A stretch of 64,000 nucleotides of DNA from a bacterium (GCA_965219955.1 OZ244799.1:2112001-2176000); one strand, 5' to 3'. Shown: positions 20,375 through 31,110, numbered from the stretch's first letter. Numbers and translations: made by a program. Notes: generated by a model not told the origin, from the sequence alone.

Positions 20375-20516
20375 GCGAATATGGAAACCATCATTGGTCG
20401 CATTCTGGTGCAGGGGTTGAGCAAATCCTCCTGGAAATTCCGAGACATCTACAGATGGCGAAAATGAACTTGCGAATCAGACGACGCTTCAGCGAAGCCG
20501 AAGCAACCATTCAAAC

Positions 20517-21794
20517 ATGAACGAACGAAGAAGCGCTGCCCAGGTCGATTATCATGACCTGCCTCCCGAGTTTCACCAGTGGAAATGGCGTATTCTCATC
20601 GCTTTCTGCGTTTTCTACGCCTTCAACTATCTGGGCAGATTCAACTTCAGTCTGGTGCAATACGCGGTCATCCAGGATCTGGGCATCACGCGAGTCGATA
20701 CCGGGTGGATCAATTCATGGATGTTTTGGGGCTTCGCTTTCGGTGATTTGGTTTTCGGGCGAATCGCCGAAAAAATAGGCTACAAAAACACCATACTCTT
20801 CGCCGCCATTGCTACATCTCTGTTCAACTTCATCGCGAGTTTCGGGAATTCGATTACCACGCTCGCCATCCCCTGGGCGATGGTCGGTTTTGTGAACGCG
20901 GCCACATGGGGGCCCGGACTCGGCCTGGTCGCGCAATGGTGGCCCAGACGCGAGCGGGGGCAGGCGATTGGGCTCGTGGGAACGGCCGCCGGTATAGCGC
21001 TCCTCATCGTCTGGGCAGTCGTCCCCTGGACGGCTGCGCAATATGGCTGGCGAGTTGCGATTCGCTACCCTCCTTTGATCATCGCCGTTTTGGGAATCAT
21101 TTTTTATTTCATCGCCAAAGACAAACCCTCTGAACTAGACCTCCCTGAGTATATAGAGTCAGACCACGTATCCCGAGAAGCAGAAACGGCAGGCAGCGAG
21201 AGTGAACATGGACTGAAGGCGTATCTTCACTTGATGACCAATCTGCGCTTCTTTTTGGCGTGCCACGTAAAAGGACTGGACAACGTGGTTCGTTATGGTG
21301 TCGTCTCATGGGCGCCTTTGTATTACGCTCAGGTGGGTGGATTCAACCTGAAAGAGATGGGATTGCTGACCTTCGCTTATCCGTTAGGGTATTTGTTCGG
21401 ACCCATCTTCGGCGGAATCATTTCCGACCGATTCTTCAAGAGCAATCGGTCTATCGTCATCATACTCGCCGCCGTTCTAAGCGCCGCCGCGATGATGGGA
21501 ATCGCCTATGCGCCCGCCGATAACATTCCCCTCGCCGTTATTTTGCTCATTGTCGGTGGGTTTTGCGTCAACATGTCCACTGTGCAGGCGCTGGGGGTAG
21601 ACCTGGCCGGCAGGCGGCTGGCGGGAACAGCGGCGGGCGTGCTGGATGCCCATGGGTATATTTACGGCGCGTTGCAAGCCATATTCTTTGGATGGCTGTC
21701 TCTGGCGATTTCTAATGGATGGTTCTGGGTGTTCGCAACCATGGCGGCCAGCAGACTCATTGCGGTACTGCTCGTCTGGAGGGTGCGGGCGTAA
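20517..21794 (+). CDS. MFS transporter (GlpT/UhpC-like)
   Basis: About 12 TM segments; YLGRFNFS, WWPRRERG, GIISDRFF, GTAAG motifs. Confidence 0.85.
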   Translation: MNERRSAAQVDYHDLPPEFHQWKWRILIAFCVFYAFNYLGRFNFSLVQYAVIQDLGITRVDTGWINSWMFWGFAFGDLVFGRIAEKIGYKNTILFAAIATSLFNFIASFGNSITTLAIPWAMVGFVNAATWGPGLGLVAQWWPRRERGQAIGLVGTAAGIALLIVWAVVPWTAAQYGWRVAIRYPPLIIAVLGIIFYFIAKDKPSELDLPEYIESDHVSREAETAGSESEHGLKAYLHLMTNLRFFLACHVKGLDNVVRYGVVSWAPLYYAQVGGFNLKEMGLLTFAYPLGYLFGPIFGGIISDRFFKSNRSIVIILAAVLSAAAMMGIAYAPADNIPLAVILLIVGGFCVNMSTVQALGVDLAGRRLAGTAAGVLDAHGYIYGALQAIFFGWLSLAISNGWFWVFATMAASRLIAVLLVWRVRA

Positions 21795-21848
21795 AACAGG
21801 TTATTTTCCTCACAAAAGTTGAGAGGTTTGCTTTTTCAAGCTTAACCA

Positions 21849-23246
21849 TCATTTCTCAATAGCCCGTCTCAAGCCTTTCAATATTTCCAACCGAATCCCG
21901 TTTTCATCATTTGTAAATTTTTGCTCGAGAAATGAAAGCAGGTGTTGAACCCAAATTGCCCGGTCCTCTTGTGACATCACCAAATACAAGGACGTCCCGA
22001 AACGCCATTCCTTGTCCGAGCCACGAACGATGACATCGAGTCGAAAGTCGTCCTGCCTCGCAAGAAACATCGCCGTTAAAAGATCCCGCCCATTCTCCAA
22101 ATCAAAGGGAAATGATTTTTTCGTTCCAACTCCGAATCGAAGATTCAAACCCAACTTCGTCGAATCGGCCCATTCCGGGGAATCAAAAACGACCGAAAGC
22201 AATTCAGGGGAGGCGGAAGCATCAACGCCAACCACGATATAAGTTTCACCACCTACCGTGAACCTCGCCGATGAGAGAAGGCTGCCCTCTTGATGTTTTT
22301 CGCTTAAAAATTCTATTAACCAATCGGGCAATCTCTCCCGTCCGGGATAAGCCGTGGGCGTTTGGCCTTCATTCAACAATTGGAGTTTGTTTGCCCAAGC
22401 GAGCAAAGAAACCAGCAATGGCGGCGTGGGACGCAGGATTTCCGACTCCCAAGGCGTCATACCGGCCATGACCCCATCAAGACTCCCTATCAATCCAGCC
22501 TGCAAATTCCGCCACGTCGTTTTTTGTTCAATGTCCCCTCCAGATTCAATCGAAATTCTCAGCCCCTCTATCGCCACCAACCGACTAACCAATCCGGACA
22601 AATGGTGATTTTCCTCCATCACTCCATACATTTTCCGGGCTTCGGCAACATTTTCAGCCAAAACATTATCATCAAGCCGTGAGTCCAGATTCACCGGCAG
22701 AGGAAGCAAACCGGTATTCGGGTCGCTGGAGCGTCTCCAAAGGCCGCGAGCGCCTTCTAAAGCAGCTCTCGCGGCCTGCTCCGTACGAATCTCCCAGACA
22801 CCGGAAAGTTCTTCTCGTATGGCGCCTTCACCGACCCCCTCGTCGAACATGTGCGCCAACCGCCGGAGCAACAAACTGAAAAACGCCGATTGCGCCTTCG
22901 CCATGGAGGACAATTTTCCGCGCCTCGACGTGAGGGCCGTCAACGCCAGATACAGGGTGCCGACCTCCGGCTTCATGCCCTGAGCGCCATACAGCGCCGT
23001 CAGCTTCTCCATGCGCTGAAGGACAAACCCCAACTCCTCACCGGCCAACAGCTTCAAATGGATAAAAGAGATCGGAAGGACCTGCTCAGGCAGGATGGGT
23101 TCCGCCTGGGGAGAAAAAAGCGTTTGGGTGAAATTTTGCCTGATTTGCTCGCCTACATCCCCGAAATTCTCACGCAGGTAACGCTCACAAGACGACTCCC
23201 ACCAATCGCAAAACAAGCTTAGCGGCGCGGTTGGAGACACCCTCAT
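21849..23246 (-). CDS. Hypothetical protein (465 aa)
   Basis: Long ORF coupled (ATGA overlap) to the upstream small gene; no motif recognised. Confidence 0.7.
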   Translation of the reverse strand: MRVSPTAPLSLFCDWWESSCERYLRENFGDVGEQIRQNFTQTLFSPQAEPILPEQVLPISFIHLKLLAGEELGFVLQRMEKLTALYGAQGMKPEVGTLYLALTALTSRRGKLSSMAKAQSAFFSLLLRRLAHMFDEGVGEGAIREELSGVWEIRTEQAARAALEGARGLWRRSSDPNTGLLPLPVNLDSRLDDNVLAENVAEARKMYGVMEENHHLSGLVSRLVAIEGLRISIESGGDIEQKTTWRNLQAGLIGSLDGVMAGMTPWESEILRPTPPLLVSLLAWANKLQLLNEGQTPTAYPGRERLPDWLIEFLSEKHQEGSLLSSARFTVGGETYIVVGVDASASPELLSVVFDSPEWADSTKLGLNLRFGVGTKKSFPFDLENGRDLLTAMFLARQDDFRLDVIVRGSDKEWRFGTSLYLVMSQEDRAIWVQHLLSFLEQKFTNDENGIRLEILKGLRRAIEK

Positions 23247-23464
23247 TCGCTCTCGGACATGGGTGATTGATTGTGCTCACCTATTGAGGCCGCAGTCGCA
23301 CGTGCCTTCTTCTGGAGCAAACGTCCGAGAGAAAACAAAATGACCGCGGAACCCAATATGACGAGTTGGATGGCATAGGCCGAAGGATTCGAAATGCCTA
23401 TGAGCAAGGCGACCCCGCAATCCACCATCGCGAGAATCTGAAGAGCGCGCCCCAGGCCAAACAT
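23243..23464 (-). CDS. Small two-TM membrane protein
   Basis: TGATG overlap with the aspC stop; two hydrophobic stretches. Confidence 0.6.
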   Translation of the reverse strand: MFGLGRALQILAMVDCGVALLIGISNPSAYAIQLVILGSAVILFSLGRLLQKKARATAASIGEHNQSPMSESE

Positions 23465-24660
23465 CAGCCAAGTTGTCCCACGGCCGCTCTGATTCGTTCG
23501 ATTCCTTCTTTTACGTTCTCCAGGGAGGTCGCGTAGGAGAAACGCACGTAATTATCATTGCCGAAACCGGCGCCGGGCACGCCGGCGCAGTGGGCGTGTT
23601 CGAGGAGGTACAACCCCACATCCATTGAATTTTTCAATACTCCATCCGGCCCCTGACGCCCGAAAATATCACTCACCCGGGGAAAGGCGTAAAACGCGCC
23701 CTTGGGGTTCACGACGCTCAGCCCGTCGATCGAGTTCAGTCCCTCGACGATCGCCTTCCTTCTCGCGTCGTATTGCGCCAGCCATTCGCCCAGGAACTCA
23801 TGAGAGCCCCTGAGAGCCGCAACGCCTCCGTATTGGGCGAAGGAGGTGGCGTTGCTCGTGCTCTGGCCCTGCAGCGTGTCCATGGCTTCGATGATTTCAG
23901 AGCTCCCGAGCGTATAGCCCAGGCGCCAGCCCGTCATCGCGTACGTTTTCGAGAACCCGTCCAGAACGAGGGTGCGCGCCTTCATTTCGGGGGAGAAGCC
24001 GGCGATCGAAAAATGTTCCTCGCCGTCATAGGTGATTTTCCCGTAAATCTCATCGGACATGACCATCGCGCCGGTGGACAACACCACTTCGGCAATCGCT
24101 TCCAGCTCCTCGCGGCTGTACACGCAGCCCGAAGGGTTGCACGGGCTGTTGATCACCACGATTTTCGTTCGCTCATTCACGGCTTCGCGCAACTGCTCGG
24201 CCGTCATCTTGTGGCCGTTTTCCTCGCTCGTCTGAACCAGTACCGGTTTCGCCCCGGTCAGGGTGGCGACGGGCTCATAGGCCACCCAGATGGGTGCGGG
24301 GATGACGACCTCATCGCCCTCCTCGACGAGGACGTGCAAGGCGTTGAAGACCGATTGCTTCCCGCCCACGGTAACTATCGCTTCCGTTTTCGGGTCATAC
24401 CGGAGACCTTTGTGCTCCTCGGCCCAATCGCAAATCGCCTCCCGCAGGGAGGGTATGCCCCGAACCGCCGTGTATTTCGTGGCGCCGTCCCGCAGACCCT
24501 GAATGGCTCCTTCCTTGATGTGTTCGGGGGTATCGAAATCGGGCTCTCCCGCAGCGAACGAGATGACGTCGACACCCTGCGCCTTCATTTCCGACGCTTT
24601 CGTATTCATCGCCAGCGTGGGAATGGGAGGCAACTTGCTCATTCGGGATGCAAAACGCAT
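23464..24660 (-). CDS. aspC: PLP-dependent class I aminotransferase (aspartate aminotransferase)
   Basis: GEPDF, NSPCNPSG, SDEIY, FSKTYAMTGWRLG (PLP Lys), GAFY, VRFSYA. Confidence 0.9.
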   Translation of the reverse strand: MRFASRMSKLPPIPTLAMNTKASEMKAQGVDVISFAAGEPDFDTPEHIKEGAIQGLRDGATKYTAVRGIPSLREAICDWAEEHKGLRYDPKTEAIVTVGGKQSVFNALHVLVEEGDEVVIPAPIWVAYEPVATLTGAKPVLVQTSEENGHKMTAEQLREAVNERTKIVVINSPCNPSGCVYSREELEAIAEVVLSTGAMVMSDEIYGKITYDGEEHFSIAGFSPEMKARTLVLDGFSKTYAMTGWRLGYTLGSSEIIEAMDTLQGQSTSNATSFAQYGGVAALRGSHEFLGEWLAQYDARRKAIVEGLNSIDGLSVVNPKGAFYAFPRVSDIFGRQGPDGVLKNSMDVGLYLLEHAHCAGVPGAGFGNDNYVRFSYATSLENVKEGIERIRAAVGQLG

Positions 24661-24687
24661 GAGAAACTCCAGGGTTAGAAAATGGAA

Positions 24688-25173
24688 TCAGCTGCGGAGG
24701 CGCTCGCCGAGCGCCTCTCGCACGGAGGCGGAAACGTGATCGCTCACGTCTCCGCCGAGTGAGGCGACTTCCTTCACGAGGCTGGAACTGAGGAAACTGT
24801 ACTGTTCGCTGGGCATGAGGAAAATCGTTTCGATCTCCTCGTTCAGCCTTCTGTTCATGAGCGTCATCTGCATTTCATAATCAAAATCGCTCACGGCGCG
24901 AAGGCCGCGAATGATGGCCTGGGCATTCACATTCACGGCGAATTCCACGAGCAGTTCACGCTCGAAGCTCGTGACTTCGAGCTGGTTCGACTCCCTGAAT
25001 TCTTCCAGAAAGAAACTCTTGCGCTCCTCGAAGCTGAACAAGGGCGCTTTCGAGGGGTGAGCGGAAATGGCCACGGTAACCTTTGAGAAAAGCCTCTGGC
25101 TCCTGCGAACGACGTCGAAATGCCCTTTCGTCGGCGGATCGAAAGTACCCGGATATACCGCATGACTTTCCAT
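24688..25173 (-). CDS. coaD: Phosphopantetheine adenylyltransferase
   Basis: YPGTFDPPTKGH, RGLRAVSDFDYE, SSSLVKE. Confidence 0.97.
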   Translation of the reverse strand: MESHAVYPGTFDPPTKGHFDVVRRSQRLFSKVTVAISAHPSKAPLFSFEERKSFFLEEFRESNQLEVTSFERELLVEFAVNVNAQAIIRGLRAVSDFDYEMQMTLMNRRLNEEIETIFLMPSEQYSFLSSSLVKEVASLGGDVSDHVSASVREALGERLRS

Positions 25174-25366
25174 GAAAACAAACCTCATCTGGAGCGAAAG
25201 GGGCTTATCCCCGTGCGAAATCCGCGTTAAAACTAGTCCTTTGGATATCTCGTGTCAACTTGAAGGTCGTGAAACCGCTGCGAGGAGAACCAGGCGGGGC
25301 CTGCGCTCCATTTCGCCCGGCAGATCCCCGAATTCCGGCCCCGTTGACAAGACCCGAGGAGAGAGG

Positions 25367-25607
25367 AATCACTCCCCCCTTGAGGAGGCTGTTGAAAAAG
25401 CCCGTTTTAGTGCGTGCGGTATTGGGGATTACGCGTCGGTCATCCTTCCTGCCGTGCAAGCGGCCACAAAACTTCATCCTGAGTAGGCGCGTAAGCGCCG
25501 TATCGAAGGATGGGAGGCGGCTCCTAACGTGCGAGAGGGCATCCTTCGATACGCCGCCTTCGGCGGCTACTCAGGATGAGGCGGGGAGAGGCTTTTTCAA
25601 CAATCCC
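25367..25607. mobile_element. TIR-bounded composite repeat cluster 4
   Basis: Half of the CACTCCCCCCTTGA palindrome fused to GAGGCTGTTGAAAAAG; inverted CATCCTGAGTAG..GTATCGAAGG pair; CTTTTTCAACAATCCC. Confidence 0.75.
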
Positions 25608-25676
25608 ATTCCGCAGGAAATTGCGAATTTTTTCATCCAGCCGGGAGCCGGCTTCCCGCATCCGATACGGAACGCC

Positions 25677-26237
25677 TTACGGCTTCAGGACTTCCCGCAC
25701 CATGTGGCTGATTTCGGGGAGGATGATCTTTTCCATTCCCGTGCGGCAGGCGTTCCCCGAGCCGGGCAGCGTCATGATGATGGTGTCCCGGCAAGTTCCA
25801 GCCGTTGCGCGGGTGAGCATGGCGGCCGTGCCGATGTCCTCGAAACTCACGTGCCGGAACAACTCGCCGAAGCCGGGCATTTCCTTCTCCAGGATGGAGA
25901 CGACGACGTCGTACGTCGTATCCCGCTTGGTGATGCCCGTTCCCCCGTTCGAAATCACCACCTGGATGTCGGGATTCGCGCACGCCTCGAGCAGGGCTTC
26001 GCGAATCTGGGCAGGTTCATCCTTCACGATGCGGTAAAACGACACCTTGTGGCCCATGTCGCTCAGCATGTTCATGAGCAGTTTCCCGCTCGTGTCGCTC
26101 TCTTCCGTCCGCGTGTCGCTCACCGTGAGCACGCCGCACGTGACGGCGTCCGGTCCCTCGGCGCGGTGGTCTTCAAAAGTTTTCAGATCGGCCGCCTGCT
26201 CGACTTCCCGGCGGGATGGACCCTCGCCCTGGTTCAT
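25677..26237 (-). CDS. moaB: MogA/MoaB molybdenum cofactor biosynthesis protein
   Basis: LTVSDTR...DTSG, NGGTGI.KRD.T, PGFGELFR, LPGS. Confidence 0.9.
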   Translation of the reverse strand: MNQGEGPSRREVEQAADLKTFEDHRAEGPDAVTCGVLTVSDTRTEESDTSGKLLMNMLSDMGHKVSFYRIVKDEPAQIREALLEACANPDIQVVISNGGTGITKRDTTYDVVVSILEKEMPGFGELFRHVSFEDIGTAAMLTRATAGTCRDTIIMTLPGSGNACRTGMEKIILPEISHMVREVLKP

Positions 26238-26414
26238 TCTTCTCTCCTGCTTTTCGGATTTCAGCGATATTCGTTTTTCTGCGCTCACGCCCGAGAACAA
26301 AAGAACCGGAGAACGAATTCTCCGGCTCTTCGAGGCTTGCGAAACGATACATCAAGAAGGCACGCCGGGAGTTCGCTTCCATCCTCCGGCAGGCTCGCCG
26401 CGCGCCCTCGGAAT

Positions 26415-26693
26415 TTATTTCATCATTTTCTTCTTGAAGCCCTTGGCCATCATGCACGAATCGAAATTGCTCTGCGCATAAGACGATGCGGAACTGGTCG
26501 CTTCGGGACCGCCCTTGGCTTTCGCATCGAATATGAACTCTTCCTTCATCGCGCAATTTTTAAGGTCTTTCACCGCCTGGTCCATCTTCACGCCCACGCC
26601 GCGCTTAAACCAGACGTTGTGCTCGGGCGTCGAGCACCCAGCAACCACGAAAACCACTCCAGCCGCAAGAAAGATACCAGCCATTTTTCGCAT
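26415..26693 (-). CDS. Small lipoprotein
   Basis: MRKMAGIFLAAGVVFVVAGC lipobox; C...CMMAKGF tail. Confidence 0.75.
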   Translation of the reverse strand: MRKMAGIFLAAGVVFVVAGCSTPEHNVWFKRGVGVKMDQAVKDLKNCAMKEEFIFDAKAKGGPEATSSASSYAQSNFDSCMMAKGFKKKMMK

Positions 26694-26926
26694 GAGTCGG
26701 ATTCTCCCCCTAAAATCAATGCCTCGCTCGTCTTCTGAACACCGCGAGATCAAAAACACTCTTCAATCAAGACAAATCGAAATTTACCATTCTATTTCTT
26801 CATCGTCCAATGCAAAATACTCTAGCACTTCACCCGGTCAATATCGAGTGCTTCCGGCGGCGGTCCGGAGCCGCGAAATACGGCTGTTTCCATTAAAAAT
26901 TTCAATAGATAACGGATATTTTTGCC

Positions 26927-27052
26927 CCGTCAATTTATCGAAAAACCCCCTGAATTTATCTGATTTTATCGAAATTCCTTTTCTCCGGGCGCAACGACGC
27001 GCCTCGCCATCATACACGCCCGCGCCCTGAGCGGCGCAATCGCAAATGCGGG
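26927..27052 (-). promoter_or_regulatory. Second copy of the phased-GATAAA element with TGTATGAT -10-like box
   Basis: On the - strand: CCCGCATTTGC, then TGTATGATGG, then ATTTCGATAAAATCAGATAAATTCA...TTTTTCGATAAA; same order as 12353-12488. Confidence 0.55.
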
Positions 27053-27081
27053 GAAATGCGGGGCGAACCCGACTGCGAGAA

Positions 27082-27414
27082 AGGGTTGTCGACAAAGTCC
27101 CCTTTTCAAGGGGCAGGGGGACACCCCTCTCGACCGGAAAACCACCCTCCCTACCCCCCTTGACGGGGGATAAAAACAAAAAAGGCCCCCTGAAGCACTG
27201 GGGGTACAATGGTTTTGTAGGGACAGGCCTCCGTGCCTGTCCTGACAAAGGACAACCACGGAGGGCAGGACAGGCACGGAGGCCTGTCCCTACGATGAAC
27301 AATTCGATGATCGGGATTCCCCGCCTCGTCGGGGAGCATCGCCTTTACCTTCCTGACAAGGGGGTAGGGGGGGTTGCCTTTATCTCGTCAGGAGGGGGCT
27401 TTTCCAACAACCCC
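27082..27414. mobile_element. TIR-bounded composite repeat cluster 5
   Basis: AGGGTTGTCGACAAAG ... CTTTTCCAACAACCCC; GTAG-type REP doublet at 27217-27293; CCCTACCCCCCTTGAC / CTGACAAGGGGGTAGGG pair. Confidence 0.7.
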
Positions 27415-27552
27415 TGCAGGGACCGTTCGCGAACGGCCCTTTAACTCGAGCAGCCCCTCCTTCCTCGGTCGGGGCTGACCCCCAATCCCGCGCGAATATG
27501 CTATAAACAATGAAAACGCGACAAATCGCAGCCTGAAAAGGAGAAGAAAGAC

Positions 27553-28359
27553 GTGTCGAACTCGGATCTGGCGGGAAGCTGGGCGCTCATCCTGGGAGCG
27601 AGCAGCGGCTTTGGAGAGGCGAACGCGCTCAAGCTCTCGAGCCTGGGCGTGAACATTCTGGGCGTCCACCTCGACAGAAAGGCCACGCTGCCCAACGTCG
27701 AGCGCATTCGGGAGCAGATCAGGACGAACGGCGCGGAATCGCTTTATTTCAACGTGAACGCGGCGGGCCACGAGGAGCGCGAGGGCGTTCTGGATCAGAT
27801 AGGGGAGCACCTGGGCGGGAACGCGGAGGGCGCGGTGCGCATCCTGCTGCACAGCCTGGCCTTCGGCACGCTCAAGCCCTATATCGCCGAGGAGGAGAAA
27901 GACGCCATCAGCCCCAGGCAGCTCGAGATGACGCTCGACGTCATGGCGAACAGCCTCGTCTACTGGAGCCAGGCGCTCGTGCGGCGCGGCCTCATGGGCT
28001 TCGGGGGCCGCATCTACGCCATGACGAGCGCGGGCGGGCACCGCATCTGGAAGACCTACGGCGCCGTGTCGGCGGCCAAGGCCGCGCTGGAGAGCCACAT
28101 CCGCCAGCTCGCCGTCGAACTCGCGCCCTTGGGCATCACGGCGAACAGCATCCAGGCCGGCGTCACGGACACGCCCGCCCTTCGCAAGATCCCCGGAAAC
28201 GCCGAGATGATCGAGGGTACGAAGAAAATCAACCCGCACGGGGAACTGACGACGCCGCAGAAAGTGGCCGACGCCATCGCGACGCTCGCCGCCTCCGGCA
28301 CGCAGTGGATGACGGGAGACCTGATCCGCGTCGACGGAGGCGAAGACATCGCGGGTTGA
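27553..28359 (+). CDS. SDR oxidoreductase, FabL-like enoyl-ACP reductase
   Basis: LGASSGFG, YGAVSAAKAALE, GVTDTPAL, GDLIRVDGG. Confidence 0.8.
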   Translation: MSNSDLAGSWALILGASSGFGEANALKLSSLGVNILGVHLDRKATLPNVERIREQIRTNGAESLYFNVNAAGHEEREGVLDQIGEHLGGNAEGAVRILLHSLAFGTLKPYIAEEEKDAISPRQLEMTLDVMANSLVYWSQALVRRGLMGFGGRIYAMTSAGGHRIWKTYGAVSAAKAALESHIRQLAVELAPLGITANSIQAGVTDTPALRKIPGNAEMIEGTKKINPHGELTTPQKVADAIATLAASGTQWMTGDLIRVDGGEDIAG

Positions 28360-28518
28360 GGCGGGGGTTTTTCAGAGACGGAGAACGATCCGGGAAAACC
28401 CGCTATGGCGCGTGACGGAAAGAATTCGTGCGTTCGTCCAAGCACTCGCCTGTTCCCGGCCGGACACGCCTTACGCCGCGCATCGGGATAGACTCCCCTC
28501 TTTTTCCCTGAGATCCGC

Positions 28519-29271
28519 ATGAGCGACACAGAAATCGCCATCGTCGTCTGCGTCCTCTTTTTCGGGGGATTCGTGAAGGGGTCCATCGGCTTCGGCACGC
28601 CGCTGGTGGCCGCCCCGCTCCTCGCGCTCTTCATCGCCCCCAAAGAAATCGTCACCCTGCTCGCGCTCCCGCTCCTCATCTCCAATTTCACCGACACCTA
28701 CCGCCTCCGCTCCGAATGGCGCGCCATCCGGGAGATCTGGTTCTATCTCCTGTGCGCCATGGCGTTCATGCCGGTCGGGGTGTGGTTCCTGGGGTTCGGA
28801 GACCCCGATTTCATCCGTCTGATGATGGGCGTCATGGCCTATATCTACCTGCTCGTGGAGAGCCGCCTGGGTTTCTTCAAGGAACTGGGCGCGGGCTTTC
28901 AGAGAGTCGTGGGCGCCCTCATGGGGGCGACGCTGGGATTCGTCTACGGGACGACAACCATCAGCGGCGCCATCAACATCATCTACTTCAGCATGCTCAG
29001 GCTGGCGAAAAACCCGTTCATCTTCCTGATGAACGCATTCAACTCGACGGGCATGTGCGTCATCATCCTGAGTCTCTACCTGCAGGGCTTTTATACGAAA
29101 CCGCGATTCACGAACGCGCTTCTGGCAATCATCCCCGTCTACGTCGGGTACTGGGCGGGCATCCGCGTTCGTGAGCGCATCGACCAGGCGCTTTTCTTCA
29201 AGCTCATCCGTATCGCCCTGTTCCTCATCGCCACGAGCCTCGTGATCAAGTTCATCATGGGGAAGATGTGA
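28519..29271 (+). CDS. TauE/SafE sulfite-exporter family membrane protein
   Basis: GGFVKGSIGFG...P repeat motif; about 8 TM segments. Confidence 0.85.
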   Translation: MSDTEIAIVVCVLFFGGFVKGSIGFGTPLVAAPLLALFIAPKEIVTLLALPLLISNFTDTYRLRSEWRAIREIWFYLLCAMAFMPVGVWFLGFGDPDFIRLMMGVMAYIYLLVESRLGFFKELGAGFQRVVGALMGATLGFVYGTTTISGAINIIYFSMLRLAKNPFIFLMNAFNSTGMCVIILSLYLQGFYTKPRFTNALLAIIPVYVGYWAGIRVRERIDQALFFKLIRIALFLIATSLVIKFIMGKM

Positions 29272-29802
29272 GGGGCTGTTGAAGAAGCCCGATGCGGCTC
29301 AATCCTCTGCCTTGTCCTGCGCAGCCCGCCGCTCCGCCTCACCCTGAGTAGCGGCGAAGCCGCGTATCGAAGGGCGCTCCCCTTCGACAGGCTTTTGATG
29401 CGCCCGGGTCCTCCCTCGATACGGCGCGCAAGCGCGCCTACTCGGGATGAGGGTTTGGGGCGCTTTCTCGGGATGAGGGCGTCAAGCGTTCTACAAAGCC
29501 CGATGCCGCGCGGTGGGTCAATCCCGACCGGCGGCCCCTACCCATCCCCCTCGAATGGCGACCGTAGGGACAGGTCGCGACCTGTCCCTACGAGACGGTG
29601 CGGTTTTGTTCGTCATTCCGGCCTTGAGCCGGAATCCATTTGGTTTTGCCTTTGTTTTTTATTTTCTGATCGATTCGCGCCAATGACGAGGAGATGAAAA
29701 GCCGTAGTATTATCATTCTGCTTGAAAATGGATTCCGGCTTTCGCCGGAATGACGGCAATCCCGTCATGGCAGGGGTTTTTCAACAACCCCGACAAGGGG
29801 GG
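29272..29802. mobile_element. TIR-bounded composite repeat cluster 6
   Basis: GGGGCTGTTGAAGAAG starts immediately after the TGA stop; contains a CCTGAGTAG pair, the 28-bp palindrome at 29564-29591 and a CGTCATTCCGGC pair; GTTTTTCAACAACCCC. Confidence 0.8.
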
Positions 29803-29894
29803 AAATGCAATGTCCCCTGCGGTCGAGTCATGTATGCGATTTCTCCCAAAATCCATTTCCCGAACAGTTGCCGCCCGATTTTCTCAACAAACAA

Positions 29895-29924
29895 AACCCC
29901 GCCCGGGCGGACCCGGACGGGGTT
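29895..29924 (-). terminator. Probable terminator after the amidohydrolase
   Basis: AACCCCGCCCGGG-cgga-CCCGGACGGGGTT hairpin with A-rich + flank. Confidence 0.6.
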
Positions 29925-29955
29925 AGATGCTATCGGCGAGAGGCCGGGCTACCGG

Positions 29956-31110
29956 CTAGCTGCCGTTCTTCGCCATGATGGCGCGGGTGATGTCGCCCTC
30001 GGGCGTCTTCCCCTCCGGCGCGCCGTTCATGCCGGGGAATTTCAGGTGGTTCTTCACCGGGTCGATGCCCGCCAGCCTCGCGAGCGTGCCGCCCAGGAAG
30101 TCCGCCTTGTCCTGTTTCGTGATGGCGGGGTATCCCCACTTCTCCTGCAGTTCCTCGTCGATTTCGAGCTTCAGGACCGCCTCGACCGACTGATACGGAT
30201 CCGAAGCGGGCCAGTCGCTGCCCCAGACGAAACGGCCGGGGCCGACGATCTGCAGCGTCGTGCCGACCATGTGGGCGAACCGGTGCGGGGCGCGCATGAG
30301 CCAGGGCAGCAGAATCGAGTAGCTCACGTATACGTTCGGGTGCTTCCACATCAGCATGACGAGGTCTTCCCAATAGGGATAGCCGCCGTGATAGGCGACG
30401 ATCTTGAGGTCCGGGAAGTCGGACGCCACCTCGTCCAGCAGAATCGGCAGGGTGTAGCGCGTGGGACCCAGCCGGATGGTGATGCCGGTGTGGAAGAAGG
30501 CGACGATGCCCTTGTCCTGGCACATCTCGTAGGCGGGCCAGAGCCTGCGGTCGTTGATGGGGCAGTCTTCGGGCTGATAGAACTTGGTGAACTTGAAGTT
30601 GTAGTTGTCGTGGAGGTATTCCATCTCCCAGAGGAAATCCTTGGTCTTGCGCTTCGAGAACGGCCCCACGTTCGAGACGCCGATGACGCGGTCGGGGTAT
30701 TTCTCGATGGCGTCGATGACGTGCTGGTTCGTGGAGAACGGCGCGCTGTCGCCCGCCGTGTCGATGAACGACTCGCGCATCAGGGCTATCTGGTCCACGC
30801 CCGAGCGGTCCATGTCGGCGATGATCTTGTCGATGTGCCAGTCCATGCCCGGGTGCATGGCCGACTGCCTGTTGTTCCTGTGGTCGATCCACTGCCACTG
30901 GTTGCACATCTTGTGCGCGTACTCGAAGGTTTTGGTCCCTTCGAAATACTTGATGTAGCGCCGGTAATCCTCGGGCATCACGTGGACTTCGCAGTCGATG
31001 GTGTAATAGTCGTTCGCGTCCTCGCCCGTCTCGGGATTGGACGGCAAGGGCATCTTGGTGTCCCACGAGGGGGGCACGAATTCGGCCTGCGCGGTTCCGT
31101 CTGTGCTCAT
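29956..31110 (-). CDS. Amidohydrolase_2 family protein
   Basis: IDCEVH, FFHTG, FPDLKIVAYHGGYP, WGSDWP. Confidence 0.9.
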   Translation of the reverse strand: MSTDGTAQAEFVPPSWDTKMPLPSNPETGEDANDYYTIDCEVHVMPEDYRRYIKYFEGTKTFEYAHKMCNQWQWIDHRNNRQSAMHPGMDWHIDKIIADMDRSGVDQIALMRESFIDTAGDSAPFSTNQHVIDAIEKYPDRVIGVSNVGPFSKRKTKDFLWEMEYLHDNYNFKFTKFYQPEDCPINDRRLWPAYEMCQDKGIVAFFHTGITIRLGPTRYTLPILLDEVASDFPDLKIVAYHGGYPYWEDLVMLMWKHPNVYVSYSILLPWLMRAPHRFAHMVGTTLQIVGPGRFVWGSDWPASDPYQSVEAVLKLEIDEELQEKWGYPAITKQDKADFLGGTLARLAGIDPVKNHLKFPGMNGAPEGKTPEGDITRAIMAKNGS

